From NCBI RefSeq assembly GCF_036365525.1, contig NC_090372.1, positions 50,149,680 through 50,213,679 of the forward strand: a stretch of 64,000 nt of DNA, given 5' to 3'. The stretch is from Heterodontus francisci (lineage: Eukaryota). The position numbers and the translations under genes were made by a program. The notes beneath the pieces were generated by a model. The model saw only the letters and a program-made list of their open reading frames with translations, was not told where the DNA came from and did not search any database. Below are positions 1-13,763 of this stretch, in pieces; position 1 is the first letter of the stretch, and every line of letters starts with the position of its first letter.

Positions 1-3000
1 AACAGAGCTGAGACTGAGTTCCTTGCAGGATGTTTTGCTAGTGCTGTTGGGGAGGGTTTAAACTAGTTTGGCAGGGGGATGGGGACCTGCGGGTAGACCT
101 GGGACAAAATCAGAAATTAAAATGGAAGGCGGAAAATTAATGGATAATTCTGGAAGACAGAGGAAACGAGGGTTAGAAAATTAAAAAAAAAAGTATTTGG
201 CAGTGCTCAAGGGTATCTATTTCAAGGAGTATAGCAAATAAAGGAGATGAGCTGAGGGCACATATAGACGTGTGGCAGTATGATATCATAGCTATTACAG
301 AAACATGGTTTAAGGAGGGACAGGAATGGCAGCCCAACCTTCCTGGTTACAGGGTTTTCAGCCACGATAGGGAGGGGGATAAGAAAGGAGGGGGAATGGT
401 AATTTTGGTCAAGGAAACTATTACAGCTGTGAGGAGGAATGATATGTTGGAAGGTTCATCAAATGAGGCCATAGGGATTGAGCTAAGGAACAAAAAAGGG
501 GCATTCACACTGCTGGGAGTGTACCATGGACTCCCAAACAGTCAGAGGGAGATAGAAGAGAAGATATGTAGGCAAATCTCTGAGAAGTGCAAGAACAATA
601 GGGCAGTAATAGTAGGGGATATTAATTACCCCAGTATTAACTGGGATAGATTTAGTGTGAAAGGAATTGAGGGAGCAGAATTTTTGAGGTGCATTCAGGA
701 GAACTTTTTTGCTTAGTATGTAGCAAGTCCAACAAGAGAGGGCGTAGTTTTAGACTTAGTTTTGGGAAATTATGATGGGCACGTGGAAGGAGTGGCAATG
801 GGAGAGCATTTTGGTGGTAGTGATCATAATTCAGTCAGTTTTAACATAATTATGGAAAAGGACAGAGATAGAACAGGAGTTCGAGCTCTCAATTGGGGCA
901 AGTCCAATTTTAGTAAACTGAGGAGTGATTTAGCGTAAGTGGACTGGAAACAGTTACATGATGGTAAATCAGTGTCAGAACAGTGGAAGGCATTCAAAGG
1001 GGAGATTCAAGGAGTTCAGGGTAAACATGTTCCCACAAAGAAAAAGGGTGAGGTGGCCAAATTTAGAGCCCCATGGATGTCAAGGAGCCTACAGGGTAAG
1101 ATAAGGCAGAAAAGGAAAGCTTATGCCCGACACCGAGAACTCAATACTACAGAAAGCCGAGAGAAGTATAGAAAGTAGAGGGGTGAAATCAAAAAGGATT
1201 TTAGGAAAGCAAAGAGAGGGCATGAAAGAATATTGGCAAGCAAAATCAAGGTGAACCCAAAGATGTTTTATCAATATATTAAGAGTAAGAGGATAACTAG
1301 AGAGTAGGGGGCATAAAAGACCAAAGACGTAACCTATGTGTGGGAGTGGAAGATATTGGTATAGTTCTTAATGAATACTTTGCATCTGCCTTCACAAAAG
1401 AGGGGGACGATGCAGATATTGTAGTTAAGCAGGAAGAGTGTGAAGTATTGGATGTGATAAACATGGGGAGAGAGGAGTATTAATGGTATTAGCATCCTTG
1501 AAAGTTGGGAAGTGACCAGGGCCAGATGAAATGTATCCTAGGCTGTAAAGAAGCAAGAGAAGAAATAGCAGAGGGTCTGACCATCATTTTCCAGTCCTCA
1601 CTGGATACAGGTGTGGTGCCGGAGGATTGGAGAATTGTTAATGTTGTACCTCTGTTTAAAAAGGGAGCGAAGGATAGACCGAATAATTACAGGCCAAACA
1701 GTCTAATCTCAGTAGTGGGCAAATTATTGGGATCTATTCTGAGAGACAGGATAAACTGTCACTTAGAAAGGCACAGGTTAATCAAAGATAGTCAGCATGG
1801 ATTTGTTGAGGGTAGATCTTGTTTGACCAATTTGATCGAATTTTTTGAAGAAGTCACAAGGAAGATAGATGAGGGTAGTGCAGTTGATATGCATGGATTT
1901 TAGCAAGGGTTTTGACAAGGTCACACATGGCAGACTGGTTAAAAAATAACATTCCATGGGATCCAGGGAAATGCAGCAAGGTGGATACAAAATTGGCTCA
2001 GTGGCAGGAAACAAAGGGTAGTTGTTGACGTCTCTTTCAGCAACTGGAGGGCTGTTCCCAGTGGCGTTCTGTGGGGCGCAGTACAGGGTCCCCCGCTTTT
2101 TGTGGTGTATATTAATGATTTGGACGTAAATGTAGGGGGCGTGCTCAAGAAGTTGCGGACGACACAAAAATTGACCATGTGGTAGATAGCGAGGAGGATA
2201 GCTGTAGGCTGCAGGAAGATATTGATGGTCTGGTCATATGGGCAGAAAAGTGGCAAATGGAATTCAACTTGGAGAAGTGTGAGATGATACATTTGAGGAG
2301 GTCAAACAAGGCAAAGGAATACAAGATTAATGGGAAAATACTGAGAAGTGTAGAAGAAGTGAGGGACCTTGGAGTGAATGTCCACATATCCCTGAAGGTC
2401 GCAGGACAGGTCGATAAGGCGGTTAAGAAGGCATATAGAATCCTTTCCTTTATTAGCCGAGATATAGAATATAAGAGCAGGGTTATAGTGGAACTGTATA
2501 ACTCATTGGTTAGGCCACAACTTGAGTACTGTGTGCAGTTCTGGTCACCTCATTACAGAAAGGATGTAATTGCAAAGGTACAGAGGAGATTTACGAGGAT
2601 GTTGCCGGGACTGAAAAAATGCAGCTATGAGGAAAAATTGGATAGGCTGGGATTGTTCTTCTTGGAACAGAGAAGGCTGAGGGGAGATCTGATTGAAACG
2701 AACAAACTTGGAGGGGCCTGGATAGAGTGGAGGTGAAGGGTCTATTCACCTTAGCAAAGAGGTCAGTGACAAGGGGGCATAAATTTCAGGTAATTAGTAG
2801 AAAAATTAGAAGGGAGATGAGGAAAAACGTTTTCATCCAGAGGATGGTGATGGTCTGGAACTCACTGCCTGAAAGGGTAGTTGAGGCAGAGACCCTCAAC
2901 TCATTCAAAAGGAGTCTGGATTTGCAGCCCAAGTGCCATACGCTGCAGGGCTATGGACCAAATTCTGGAAGGTGGGATTAGAATAGATGGATCGTTTTTC

Positions 3001-3070
3001 AGCCAGCACAGACATGATGGGCCAAGTGGCCTCTTTCTGTGCCTTAAACTTTCTATGATTTCTATGATTA
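1..3070 (+). mobile_element. CR1-clade LINE (HER1-like), decayed ORF2 plus 3' end
   Basis: Broken ORFs give APE endonuclease motifs (DIIAITETW, VIVGDINYP) and RT motifs (VPEDWRIVNVVPLFKKG, SQHGFV.GRSCLTNL, LVRPQLEYCVQFWSP). Ends in a (TTCTATGA)n-type tail near 3051-3069. Several stops and frameshifts. Confidence 0.93.
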
Positions 3071-3224
3071 CCCCAGGCCTCTGGATTACTAGTCCAGTGA
3101 CATTACAACTACGCCGCTGTCTCTACTCTTCATGCTATGCATGGCAGATGCACTTGTATGTGCTGTCACCCACTTACTGTCCACACTAAGAATAAATCAG
3201 TATCATTTCACAAAGTATGTTAGG

Positions 3225-6200
3225 GCCCCTGCTCAGGGATAGGTGCTAACAACCCCACTCCCTTGCGGGCGTCTCGAGGGAGACCAAGACGAAGGGAGTA
3301 AACCCTAACAGAAAATCTGAAGCGGAACCCCTAAGGCGGTCGGTCATGTGTTATCTTTGGCATGTTTCTGGCAGTTCCTGCAGCCATATCGGTGCCAAAC
3401 GTCGTGCTCTGCACTCCTTTGGACCTCACTAGGAAGGCCAAGAGGGGAGTTTTGATGCTTGGGCAACTCACAACCTCCATACATTCGGCCCAGGCATGCG
3501 CCATGGAGAGATCACTCCATAGTCGCCTCACAGCGACCAAAACAGCACGGAAGTCAGCAGTTACCTGTTATAAGTCCAGCTCAATTGGCGTAGAGATTGG
3601 GTGCCACAGGTTGCCTTTGTTGGTGGGAGAGATCATCGCATCTCACTGGACAGCTACCGCCCGCCTCAAAACGGGCAGCCCCCCGTCAGTAAGGTTCTGT
3701 CCTGTCACAGTCCACCTGCTTCAATGGGTGCTTGTAGCTCAGAGTCATTGTCCGACAAGTGGACCGTAACACCGCACCAAACAGCACGACAAAAAAAGAA
3801 AAGAAGGTACCAGCCCTTTGTTTTGCAAGCTGGAACATCAGAAATATGTGTCCTGGCCTGTCGGAAGACCTTACACATATCAACGACTCTCGGAACACCG
3901 CCATCATTAACAACGAGCTCCGTAGACTCAATGTGGACATTGCAGCACTTCAGGAGACACGCCTCCCTGCGAGCGGATCTCGAAGAGAGCAAGACTACAT
4001 CTTCTACTGGCAGGTTAGGGATCCTGAAGAACCAAGACAGCATGGCTTTGCCATCAGGAACCTTTTGCTCAGCATGATAGAGCCACCTTCAAATGGCTCG
4101 GAACACATACTGTCCATCCGACTGCTCACTGCCTCTGGCCCAGTACACCTACTCAGCATATATGCTCCAACACTCAGCTCCCCACCTGAAGTTAAAGACC
4201 AGTTCTACGAGGAACTCCCCAATATCATTAGTAGCATTCCTAATACCGAACATTTGTTCCTGCTGGGGGACGTTAACGCCAGGGTCGGGGCCGACCATGA
4301 CTCATTGCCCTCCTGCCTTGGGCGCTATGGCATTGGAAGGATGAATGAGAATGGAGAGACTGCTGGAGTTGTGTACCTATCACAACCTCTGCATCACCAA
4401 CTCATTCTTTCATACTAAACCCTGTCACCAGGTTTCATGGAGACACCCAAGATCACATCGTTGGCACCAGCTGGACCTCATCGTCACAAGGTGAGCCTCT
4501 ATAAACTGTGTCCAAATCACACGCAGCTTCCACAGTGCGGACTGCGACACCGACCACTCCCTGGTGTGCAGCAAAGTTAGACTCAAACCAAAGAAGCTAC
4601 ATCACTCCAAGCAGAAGGGCCTGCGCATCAACATTAACAGAATATCTTATCCACAGCTGTTACATAAGTTTCTAAATTCACTTGAAAAAGCACTTCAAAA
4701 CATTCCTGCAGGGGATGCAGAGACGAAGTGGGCCCACATCAGAGACACCATCTCTGACTCAGCAATGACCACCTTTGGCAAGGTGAGATGCAGAATGCAG
4801 ACTGGTTTCAATCTCACTTTGAAGAGCTGGAACCTGTCATAGCCGCGAAGCGCATTGTACTGTTGCACTACAAGAAAGCCCCTAGCGAGTTAACATCCGT
4901 AGCACTTAAAGTAGCCAGAAGCGCTGCACAATGAACAGCCAGGCGCTGTGCAAATGACTACTGGCAACACCTATGCAGTCGTATTCAGCTGGCCTCTGAC
5001 ACCGGAAACATCAGAGGAATGTATGATGGCATTAAGAGAGCTTTTGAGCTTGATCGCACTCCTCAAGTCTAAATCAGGGGAAACAATTACTGACCAACGC
5101 AAGCAAATGGACCGCTGGGTGGAGCACTACCTAGAACTGTACTCCAGGGAAAATGTTGTCACTGATACCGCCCTCGATGCAGCCCAGTCGCTGCCAGTCA
5201 TGGATGAGCTGGACGAACAGCCAACAAAATTGGAACTCAGTGATGCCATTGATTCTCTAGTCAGTGGAAAAGCCCCTGGAAAGGATGGCATTACCCCTGA
5301 AATAATCAAGAGTGCCAAGCCTGCTATACTCTCAGCACTCCGTAAACTGCTTTGCCTGTGCTGGGATGAGGGAGCAGTACCACAGGACATGTGCGATACC
5401 AATATCATCACCCTCTGTAAGAATAAGGGTGACTGCAACAACTACCGTGGAATCTCCCTGCTCAGCATAGTGGGGAACGTCTTCGCTCGAGTTGTTTTAA
5501 ACAGATACCAGAAGCTGGCTGAGCGTGTCGACCCGGAGGCACAGTGCGGCTTTCGAGCAGAGAGATCCATCATTGACATGTTGTTCTCCCTTCGCCAGCT
5601 ACAGGAGAAATGCCGCGAACAACAGATACCCCTCTACGTTGCTTTCATATATCTCACCAAAGCCTTTGACCTTGTCAGCACTCGTGGTCTCTTCAGACTA
5701 TTAGCAAAGATTGGATGTCCACCAAAGCTACTAAGTATCATCACCTCATTCCATGACAATATGAAAGGCACAATTCAGCATAGCGGTGCCTCATCAGACC
5801 CCTTTCCTATCCTGAGTGGCGTGAAACAGGGCTGTGTCCTTGCACCTACACTGTTTGGGATCTCTTCTCACTGCTGCTCTCACATGCGTTCAAGTCTTCA
5901 GAAGAAGGAATTTTCCTCCACACAAGATCAGATGGCAGGCTGTTCAACCTTGCCCGTCTGAGAGCGAAGAATAAATTTGGCCTAACCATCAGCCTCAAGA
6001 AAACGAACATCATGGGACAGGACGTGAGAAATGCTCCATCCATCAATATCGGCGACCACGCTATGGAAGTGGTTCAAGAGTTCACCTCCCTAGGCTCAAC
6101 TATCACCAGTAACCTGTCTCTCGATGCAGAAATCAACAAGCACATGGGAAAGGACTTCCGCTGCTATGTCCAGACTGGCCAAGAGAGTGTGGGAAAATGG

Positions 6201-7232
6201 CGCACTGACACAGAACACAAAAGTCCGAGTGTTTCAAGCCTGTGTCCTCAGTACCTTCCTCTACGGCAGCAAGGCCTGGACAACGTATGTCAGCCAAGAG
6301 CGATGTCTCAACTCATTCCATCTTCGCTGCCTCCGAAGAATCCTTGGCATCAGGTGGCAGGACCGTATCTCCATCGCAGAAGTCCTTGAGGCAGCCAACA
6401 TCCCCAGCATATGCACCCTGCTGAGCCAGTGGCGCTTGAGATGGCTTGGCCATGTGAGCCGCATGGAAGATGGCAGGATCCCCAAAGACACATTGTACAG
6501 CAAGCTTGTCACTGGTATCAGACCCACCGGCCGTCCATGTCTCCGCTTTAAAGACGTCTGCAAACGTAACATGAAATCCTGTGACATTGACCACAAGTCG
6601 AGGGAGTCAGTTGCCAGTAATCGCCAGAGCTGGCAGACAGCCATAAAGGTGGGACTAAAGAGTGGCGAGTCGAAGAGACTTAGCAGTTGATAGGAAAAAA
6701 GACAGAAGTGCAAGGAGAGAGCCAACTGTGTAACAGCCCCGACAACCAATTTTATCTGCAGCGCCTGTGGAAGAATCTGTCACTCTAGAATTGGTCTTTA
6801 TAGCCACTCCAGGTGCTGCTCCACAAATGACTGACCACCTCTAGGCACTTACCCATTGTCTCTTGAGACAATGCGGCACAGTGGCGCAGTGGTTAGCACC
6901 ACAGCCGCACAGCTCCAGGGACCCGGGTTCGATTCTGGGTACTGCCTGTGCGGAGTTTGCAAGTTCTCCCTGTGACCGCATGGGTTTTCGCTGGATGCTC
7001 TGGTTTCCTCCCACCGCCAAAGACTTGTAGGTGATAGGTAAATTGGCTGTTGTAAATTGCTCCTAGTGTAGGTAGGTGGCAGGGAATATGGGATTACTGT
7101 AGGGTTAGTATAAATGGGTGGTTGTTGGTCGGCACAGACTCGGTGGGCCGACGGACCTGTTTCAGTGCTGTATCTCTAAATAAAATTTTAAAAAATAAAT
7201 AAAAAAAACAAGGAGGCCAAAGAAGAAGAAGA
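3225..7232 (+). mobile_element. RTE-clade LINE, near full length, inactivated
   Basis: ORF pieces FASWNIRNM...AALQETRL (endonuclease), GKAPGKDGI, NYRGISLLS, GVKQGCVLAP, RWLGHVSRMEDGRIPK. 3' end GAGGCCAAAGAAGAAGAAGA at about 7213-7232. The 3'UTR is split by a SINE. 5' boundary approximate. Confidence 0.92.
6873..7207 (+). mobile_element. tRNA-derived V-SINE (HE1-like) inserted in the RTE 3'UTR
   Basis: A-box (TGGCGCAGTGG) and B-box (GGTTCGATTC) head, V-domain-like GGAGTTTGCAAGTTCTCCCTGTG...GGTTTCCTCCCAC, CR1-like tail and A-rich end. RTE sequence resumes after it. Confidence 0.9.
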
Positions 7233-8679
7233 CAAAGAAGGTTAAAGAGCCTAAGATCCCAGTAACTGTCATTGCTACAAACTGAGAAGCCAATGAACCT
7301 TGATAGAGGCAAATTAGGTGGGCAGGAGAGAAAAAAGGAGCATGGCAAAGGCATGAGAGGCATTGATCATAAAATGGTAAGGGAAGGGCAACAGAAATAA
7401 ATGGCAGAAGAGGGAAACCGATGAGATCTATAAGATAAAGAGCATCCAAGAAGGATCAACAGATGAAGTACAAACAGCGACAAAGCAAAACAAAAGCACA
7501 GAACTAGGAGAGGATGAGTGACCTGAGAGTATAAATAAATTATAAATATTACAACACAAACCTGGATGCAAAACAAGCCTGAGTGAAGATGAGGAAAACA
7601 AAAATATGGGAAAAAAAACATTACTCTATACATGTTGTTCTTGATGAGTTGACATTAGTGTGCAGTAAAAAAAAACAGTGGCACCACAGGAAAACTACGA
7701 GTAACACAAGTGAAATTACAGGTAAAGTACAAGAAAAACAACTGGGGTTAAAGACAAAATGCAGGGAAGCCAAGTGAAACTACAGGGGAAATATGGGAAA
7801 ACAAGTGACATTGCTAAGAAAATCAAGAAGAGCTACAAAGCAATTATGGGGAAATAAGTGGAACTACAGGACAAATACAGGAATAGACTGATCAAAATAT
7901 GGATGCACTGCAAGAGCTTTGTTTTGCATATTAACAAACTGTAGCAACGAGATACTGTAGGTCAGATACTGTAGTTAGTCTGAACTAATGGGTAAGAATT
8001 ATTCCTGTAATGAAACTTGGGTGAGAGAAGTTGTACCAGGGAGGAAGAAAGTTGAGAAGTATTGACGGAAGCTCAGCTTCAGCTGGGCTGGGAGAGGTCA
8101 GCAAATCACCTGTAATTGATTGAGATAACTTCAAAGGTGACCTATTAACACATTCAACGCCAGCACTCGGAAGCTGAATCACAAATTATAGCTTAAAGAT
8201 AGTCCTGACTTGGAGAATTCTCATGTGGATTCATTTAGAGGATCAATTAGGCAGCAGGTAATCCTTCAGAATTACAAGAGATTATCTTTCACTGGAAATC
8301 CTTGGATCTGAAAGCTGTCCCTGTTTCTGTTAAAAGAGTTGCTTTAGTGCATGGACATGACCTAAATGTGTCATCAGAAATGTACTTCTTTTTCAGTCTT
8401 ACACAACACTTCTTTGTGAGCCTAATTGTCCCATAGGTATTAACAATAATGCATGCAGGAGAAAGATTATTAATTGAATCTTGCATTTAGTTCCACTGGA
8501 TCAGTCTGACATTTTCAAGAGTAAGAACATTTACTCCCCCATGATTCATATTATATCCATTTCTTTACCATTTTTGACTTTTGTAAATCTACCGCTGTTT
8601 GATTTCTACTGGTCACCCATCTACACAAACACAAATGACCTAATCTGTACACACACATAGATACACAAATAGAGTCATT

Positions 8680-9430
8680 TGCCGAGTCATTTACAGCACA
8701 GAAGGAGGCCACTCAGCCCATTGACTCCATACCAGCTCTCCACGGAGTTATGCAGTCAGAAAATCTTACCCACCACTGATGTTAAACTAACTGGCCTGTA
8801 GTTGCTAGAACTGTCCTTACACCCTTTCTTGAATAAGGGTGTCACATTTGCCACTCTCCACTCCTCTGGCACCTCCCCCATATCCAAGGAAGATTGGAAG
8901 GTTATGGTAAGCTCTTCTGCTCTCTCCATCCCCACTTCCTTTAGCAACCCGGGATGCATCTGAACCAAGTGACTTATCTACCATATGTATAGCCAGCCTT
9001 TTCAGTAGCTCACCCCTCTCAATTTTTATCCTATCCATTACCTCTACTCTCTTTGCTTCTACTGATACTTTGTCAGCCTCCATTTCCTTAATCAACACTG
9101 ATACAAAGTACTCATTAAATATATTAGCCTTGCACTGCGCCTCTAAGCATATATTACCCTCTTTGTCCCTAATAGGCCACACTCTTCCTCTGACTACTCA
9201 CTTACTATTTTACATGCTGGTTGAAGATCCTTTCATGTTGACTGCCATTCTATTTTCATATTCTCTCTTTGTCAGTCTTATTTTCCTCTTCACCTCCACA
9301 CTCAACTTATTGTATATGGCCTGGTTCGCACTTGACGAGTTCACCTGACACGCATCATGTGCCCTTTTTTTCATTTCATCATCAGCTCTTTCTCCCTCAT
9401 CATGCAAGGAGCCCTGTTCTTGGTTCCTAT
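8680..9430 (-). mobile_element. CR1 LINE fragment(s)
   Basis: Minus-strand ORFs with VPEEWRVANVTPLFKKG and NYRPVSLTSVVGK. Confidence 0.85.
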
Positions 9431-9740
9431 GTTTGATATGTGTAGCTATGTGTGTCCAGACATACATACACATGTTGAACATGTATAGGAACATTCAATC
9501 ACACATACATGTTTGTGATTCGTATACCTATATCACAACTTACCTCTAAAACCATCGAAGCCTTATGTCTGGAACTCTCTAAACAAACCCTTTCATCGCT
9601 TTATTTCCCACCTTGTATTTCAAAACATTTTCAAAGCAACCAATCTTTGGGTCACCCATCTTAAAGCTCTCACAAAAGTTGAATGCCCACTGTATGAAGT
9701 ATCTTGGGATATTTTTCTATGTTAAAGGTGATAGATAAAT

Positions 9741-10077
9741 GCAGCATAGTGGTGCAGTGATTAGCACCGCAGCCTCACAGCTCCAGCGACCCGGGTTTGA
9801 TTCTGGGTACTGCCTGTGCGGAGTTTGCAAGTTCTCCCTGTGACCGTGCGGGTTTTCGCCGGGTGCTCTGGTTTCCTCCCACAGCCAAAGACTTGCAGGT
9901 TGATAGGTAAATTGGCCGTTATAAATTGCCCCTTGTATAGGTAGGTGGTAGGGGAATTGGGGAAGTGGTAGGAATATGGGATTAATGTAAGATTAGTATA
10001 AATGGGTGGTTGATGGTTGGCACAGACTCGGTGGGCCGAAGGGCCTGTTTCAGTGCTGTATCTCTAAAAAAAAAAAT
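9741..10077 (+). mobile_element. V-SINE (HE1-like)
   Basis: Close copy of the SINE at 6873; ends TATCTCT plus poly-A. Confidence 0.9.
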
Positions 10078-10611
10078 TGTTGCTTTAATCAGCATTCAGA
10101 GAGAACAGAAAATAAGACCGGAAAGGAGCAAAAACAATCAAAACAAATGCAAAATAAAGTCATTGTGGGCAGCTTCACCACTGATATCATGCAGCCATCG
10201 CCAAACAAACCAGTAAAACAGAATCACGAGAGCCAAGTTCCCTTTGATAAACAATCACTCAAATAAACAAGGATTAGCTTTGGAACTGACAGTATAAATA
10301 ACCAGTCATGTGTATTATTGAGATACCAAACAAATTCTTAGCTTCCATCAATGCAGTGAAAAGGCAGACCACTCACATGAAAATGCTTTGGAGCTGAGCA
10401 ATAAATGGGATTAACAATACCCTGACTATTAACATAATTTTGGAGGCAAAGGTGGCTCTTGCTCGGCTGGAGCTATGGTTTGCTTTGGCCAGGAAGGGGA
10501 TTCAAGCAGATTTCACAGATCTTCACACCTATGTAAATACCATTGGTGATAGGATATAAAGCAAGCCCACTGCATCTGTACAAAGATACGTTAAACTCTT
10601 TATGTTAAATT

Positions 10612-11540
10612 GAGAACATACGAACATACGAATTAGGAGCAGAAGTAGGGCCATTCAGCCCCTTGAGCCTGCTCCACCATTCAATAAGATCATGGCTGAT
10701 CTGTTTGTGTCTCGAATTCCACACTCCCATCTACCCCCGATAACCTTTGATTCCCTTGCCTGAAAAGAATCTATCTACCTCCGCCTTAAAAATATTCAAT
10801 GACCCCCTGCCTCCACTACCTTCTGAGGCAGAGAGTTCCAAAGTCGTACAAACGTCTGAGACAAAATATTTCTCTTCATCTTTGTTCTAAAAGGGCGACC
10901 CCTAATTTTAAAGCAGCGCCCCCTAGTTCTGAACTCACCCACAAGGGGAAACATTCTTTCCACATCCACCTTGTCGAGACTGTTCAGGATCTTATAAACT
11001 TCAATTAAGTCTCCCCTCACTCTTCTAAACGCCAATGAAAATAAACCCAGTCTATCCAACTTTTCCTCATAAGACAACCAGGTATCAATCTAGTAAACCT
11101 CCTCATAATCGCCTCTAATGCAATTACATCCTTCTTTAAAATAAGGAGACCAAAACTGCACACAGTATTCGAGATGTAGTCTCACCAATGCCCTGTATAA
11201 CTGAAGCATAACATCCTTACTTTTATTTTCAATTCCTCTTGTAATAACTTGTTGTAACTCATGCACTAGAATACCTAGGTCCCTCTGCATCTCGGAATTC
11301 TACAGTCGTTCTCCATTTAAGTAATACTCTGATTTTTTTATTCTTCCTGCCAAAGTGAACAACTTCACATTTTCCCACATTATACTCCATCTGCCAAATT
11401 TTTGCCCACTCACTCAATCTATATATATATATATATATATCGGTCTGCAACCCCCTTATGTTCTCTTCACAACATCTTCCTACCTATCTTTGTGTCATCT
11501 GCAAATTTAGCTACCATGCCATCGCTCCCTTCATCTAAGA
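10612..11540 (-). mobile_element. CR1 LINE 3' fragment containing a (TA)n microsatellite
   Basis: Minus-strand ORFs LEYCVQFWSP and RRVRGDLIEVYKIL. Tail repeats GAACATAC at about 10614-10630. (TA)n at 11420-11440. Confidence 0.88.
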
Positions 11541-12598
11541 AGTTAAGGTATAGGACCACCACCAAAGCCAAAAAGAGTAAAACACCAGATAACGCAATAA
11601 TGGTTAGTAGGTGACACCAAGATTGGATTTTGAATGCCTGCAGATTCTAGGAAAGGAAAGACCGAGGGAAGTGAAAAGTTACACAGTTTGAAGACATAGG
11701 AAACAATGAGATAGAGTAAGAAACTGCGATTAATCTTGCTTTCAACAGGGGAAGAGTATGTGGAACAGAATATTAAAACTTAGAATAAATAAGATAAAAA
11801 TATCTCAGAGAGGCTCTGAACACAGAGCCCTTGATGAAACAGAGAGGTTAGAGCCTAAAGGTGAGAGTGGGATCGTCTGTCAGATAACAAGCTATTCTTG
11901 TGTCTTGCCCTGAGTGTGAGAGATGCATTAGAACAGTGGAATGGACTTGGCATTATGGAGAGTTTAGAATTGTCCACAAGACCACAAGCTAACTATAGAT
12001 AAGGAAGATAATTTGGCCATTCAGCCCCTCGAACCTGCTGTACTTCAACTTCATTTATCTACTTTTGCTCCATAGAGTAGTTATGGAAAAGTAGAAGGTA
12101 TAATCAAACATGGAAATACTCAATTGGAGGAGGGCTAATTTCAGTGAGTTGAAAAGGGATCTGGCCCAGATCGATTGGAATCAGAGATTTGTAGGTAAAA
12201 CAGTAAATGAGAGGCCTCTGAAGAGGACCTAGTTCAGATATAGATTACATACATTCCCATGAGGGGGAAAGGAAGGGCATTTGAAACTAGAACTCCTTGA
12301 ATGATTAAAGATATAGACGGAAAGCTTCATGTTGCCTTCTCATGCACATAAGTGGCTAGCAGAGATTTTAACTAGCCCTTCTTGAAGGGGAGATGCACTC
12401 ATTATACAGAAGTCGCTGCTGACTGTCTGTGGGGGAAGTGGCTACAATGAGAAGTGCACTAAATCGTGCAGCAGGTAAGAGAGAGGGGTCCCAGATTTTC
12501 CAATGAGATGCTGGAGGCATTAGTACAGGAAGTGGAAAGGAGGAGAGAAGCAAGGGGCCAGGAGGCCCTCAAAGAAAACGCTGAGAAGAGAATGGGAA

Positions 12599-13763
12599 CA
12601 CGTTCCCTCTAATTTCTTTTGGTGTTAGTGAGTAATGTTATGAATGCTGAACTTTGTCGTGTGGTTATGTTTTAAAAACTGATCTTTAATGCAGTGTAAA
12701 ATGGACATTGGGAGGAAACATGTGACCTCATGCAAAATCTTCCCAGATACAAGCCAGGGGTCTTGGTTACCATGAAAACAAGAAGCCAGATCAAGGACCC
12801 TTTTGAAAGCAGGGTGCAAGGTTGTAACACTTAAAGGACAATGTGTTTCGCTCTCCAAGATTCACAGATTGTAAATAGAGAGCCGGGGGCTCTAAAATGC
12901 CGATTTGAGTTGCAATTTTTAACACCAGGAAACAAAGGAAGGCAAAGGTGGTTTGTTATTGTCAGACTTATGGTCTTTGAGAATCATCAAAGGCGAACGA
13001 CAATTGACTTTTGATTTGGATAAATTCGAGAGACTTTCCTAGGTCTGGAGGATGAAAGAAAGAAAGGAAGACCAGCAATCAGTGGCAGCCTAAGAAGAGA
13101 GAGAGAGACCAGTGGGTTGTTTCTGGGAGACAGCTGCTGTCAGATCAGTGATACAGCAAAAGGCTGCTAAAATTTGAACCCAGTTCGAAGACTCGAGGTT
13201 TCGGAGGAGAAAAGACCAATGGCATCATCAGAGATTGCCTTATTAATGGAAGTCCAGTGGAATGTGCTCAGAAGAAATGAGTGAAGAGGACATTGGCTTC
13301 GAGAAGGATCCTGGGAGATCCAACCCATTGCAGCTGGGAGGAGTTTGGACTTTTAACTGCAAGGATACTTTTGTCATTGAGAACATTGTAATGTAGAAAT
13401 GCAGTTTGGGGTTTTTGACTGTGTTAATAAGTTATTGGGAAATAACTTTCCCTGTAATTTAGTGTATTAGCTACCTACTAAGTACTGTTTAGTTAATGTT
13501 GATTTTTAGTTTAGTTACAGTAAAAGTCTTAAAATGTGAAATCTTGTTGTGTAATTCTTTAGTCAGTCTGGCAAGTCCATATCTCTTGTTTTAAAGTTAA
13601 CAGTCTCTACTGAGGTCATAACGGTGATTTATTTAAGTGCGCAGCCCCTTTAATCTTTTTGCGCAGCCATGTGCATGCACTAATTTAAAGGGGCTAACTT
13701 GTGCACAGCCTTCACAGGAACTTTTGGATTGCTGTGTGGCTGCACAGTCTAGAGGAAATATTG
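12599..13763. mobile_element. Small non-autonomous DNA transposon (MITE), itself interrupted by a solo LTR
   Basis: Imperfect TIRs CACGTTCCCTCTA ... TAGAGGAAATATTG. Flanks AATGGGAA / GATGGGAG resemble a decayed 8-bp TSD. Confidence 0.55.
12636..13623 (+). mobile_element. Solo LTR (about 990 bp)
   Basis: Termini TGTTATG...CATAACG, flanks GTAA/GTGA (4-bp TSD with 1 mismatch), AGTAAA polyA-like signal near 13519, no coding capacity. Confidence 0.6.

Noticed and set aside
6873-6945. tRNA-like sequence (also near 9745, 22806 and 51560-51632)
   Set aside because: These are SINE heads continuous with a V-domain and a LINE-like tail, not standalone tRNA genes.
7233-7900. Purine-rich stretch with hydrophobic antisense ORFs
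   Set aside because: Low-complexity A/G-rich sequence; the Phe/Leu-rich ORFs are compositional artefacts.
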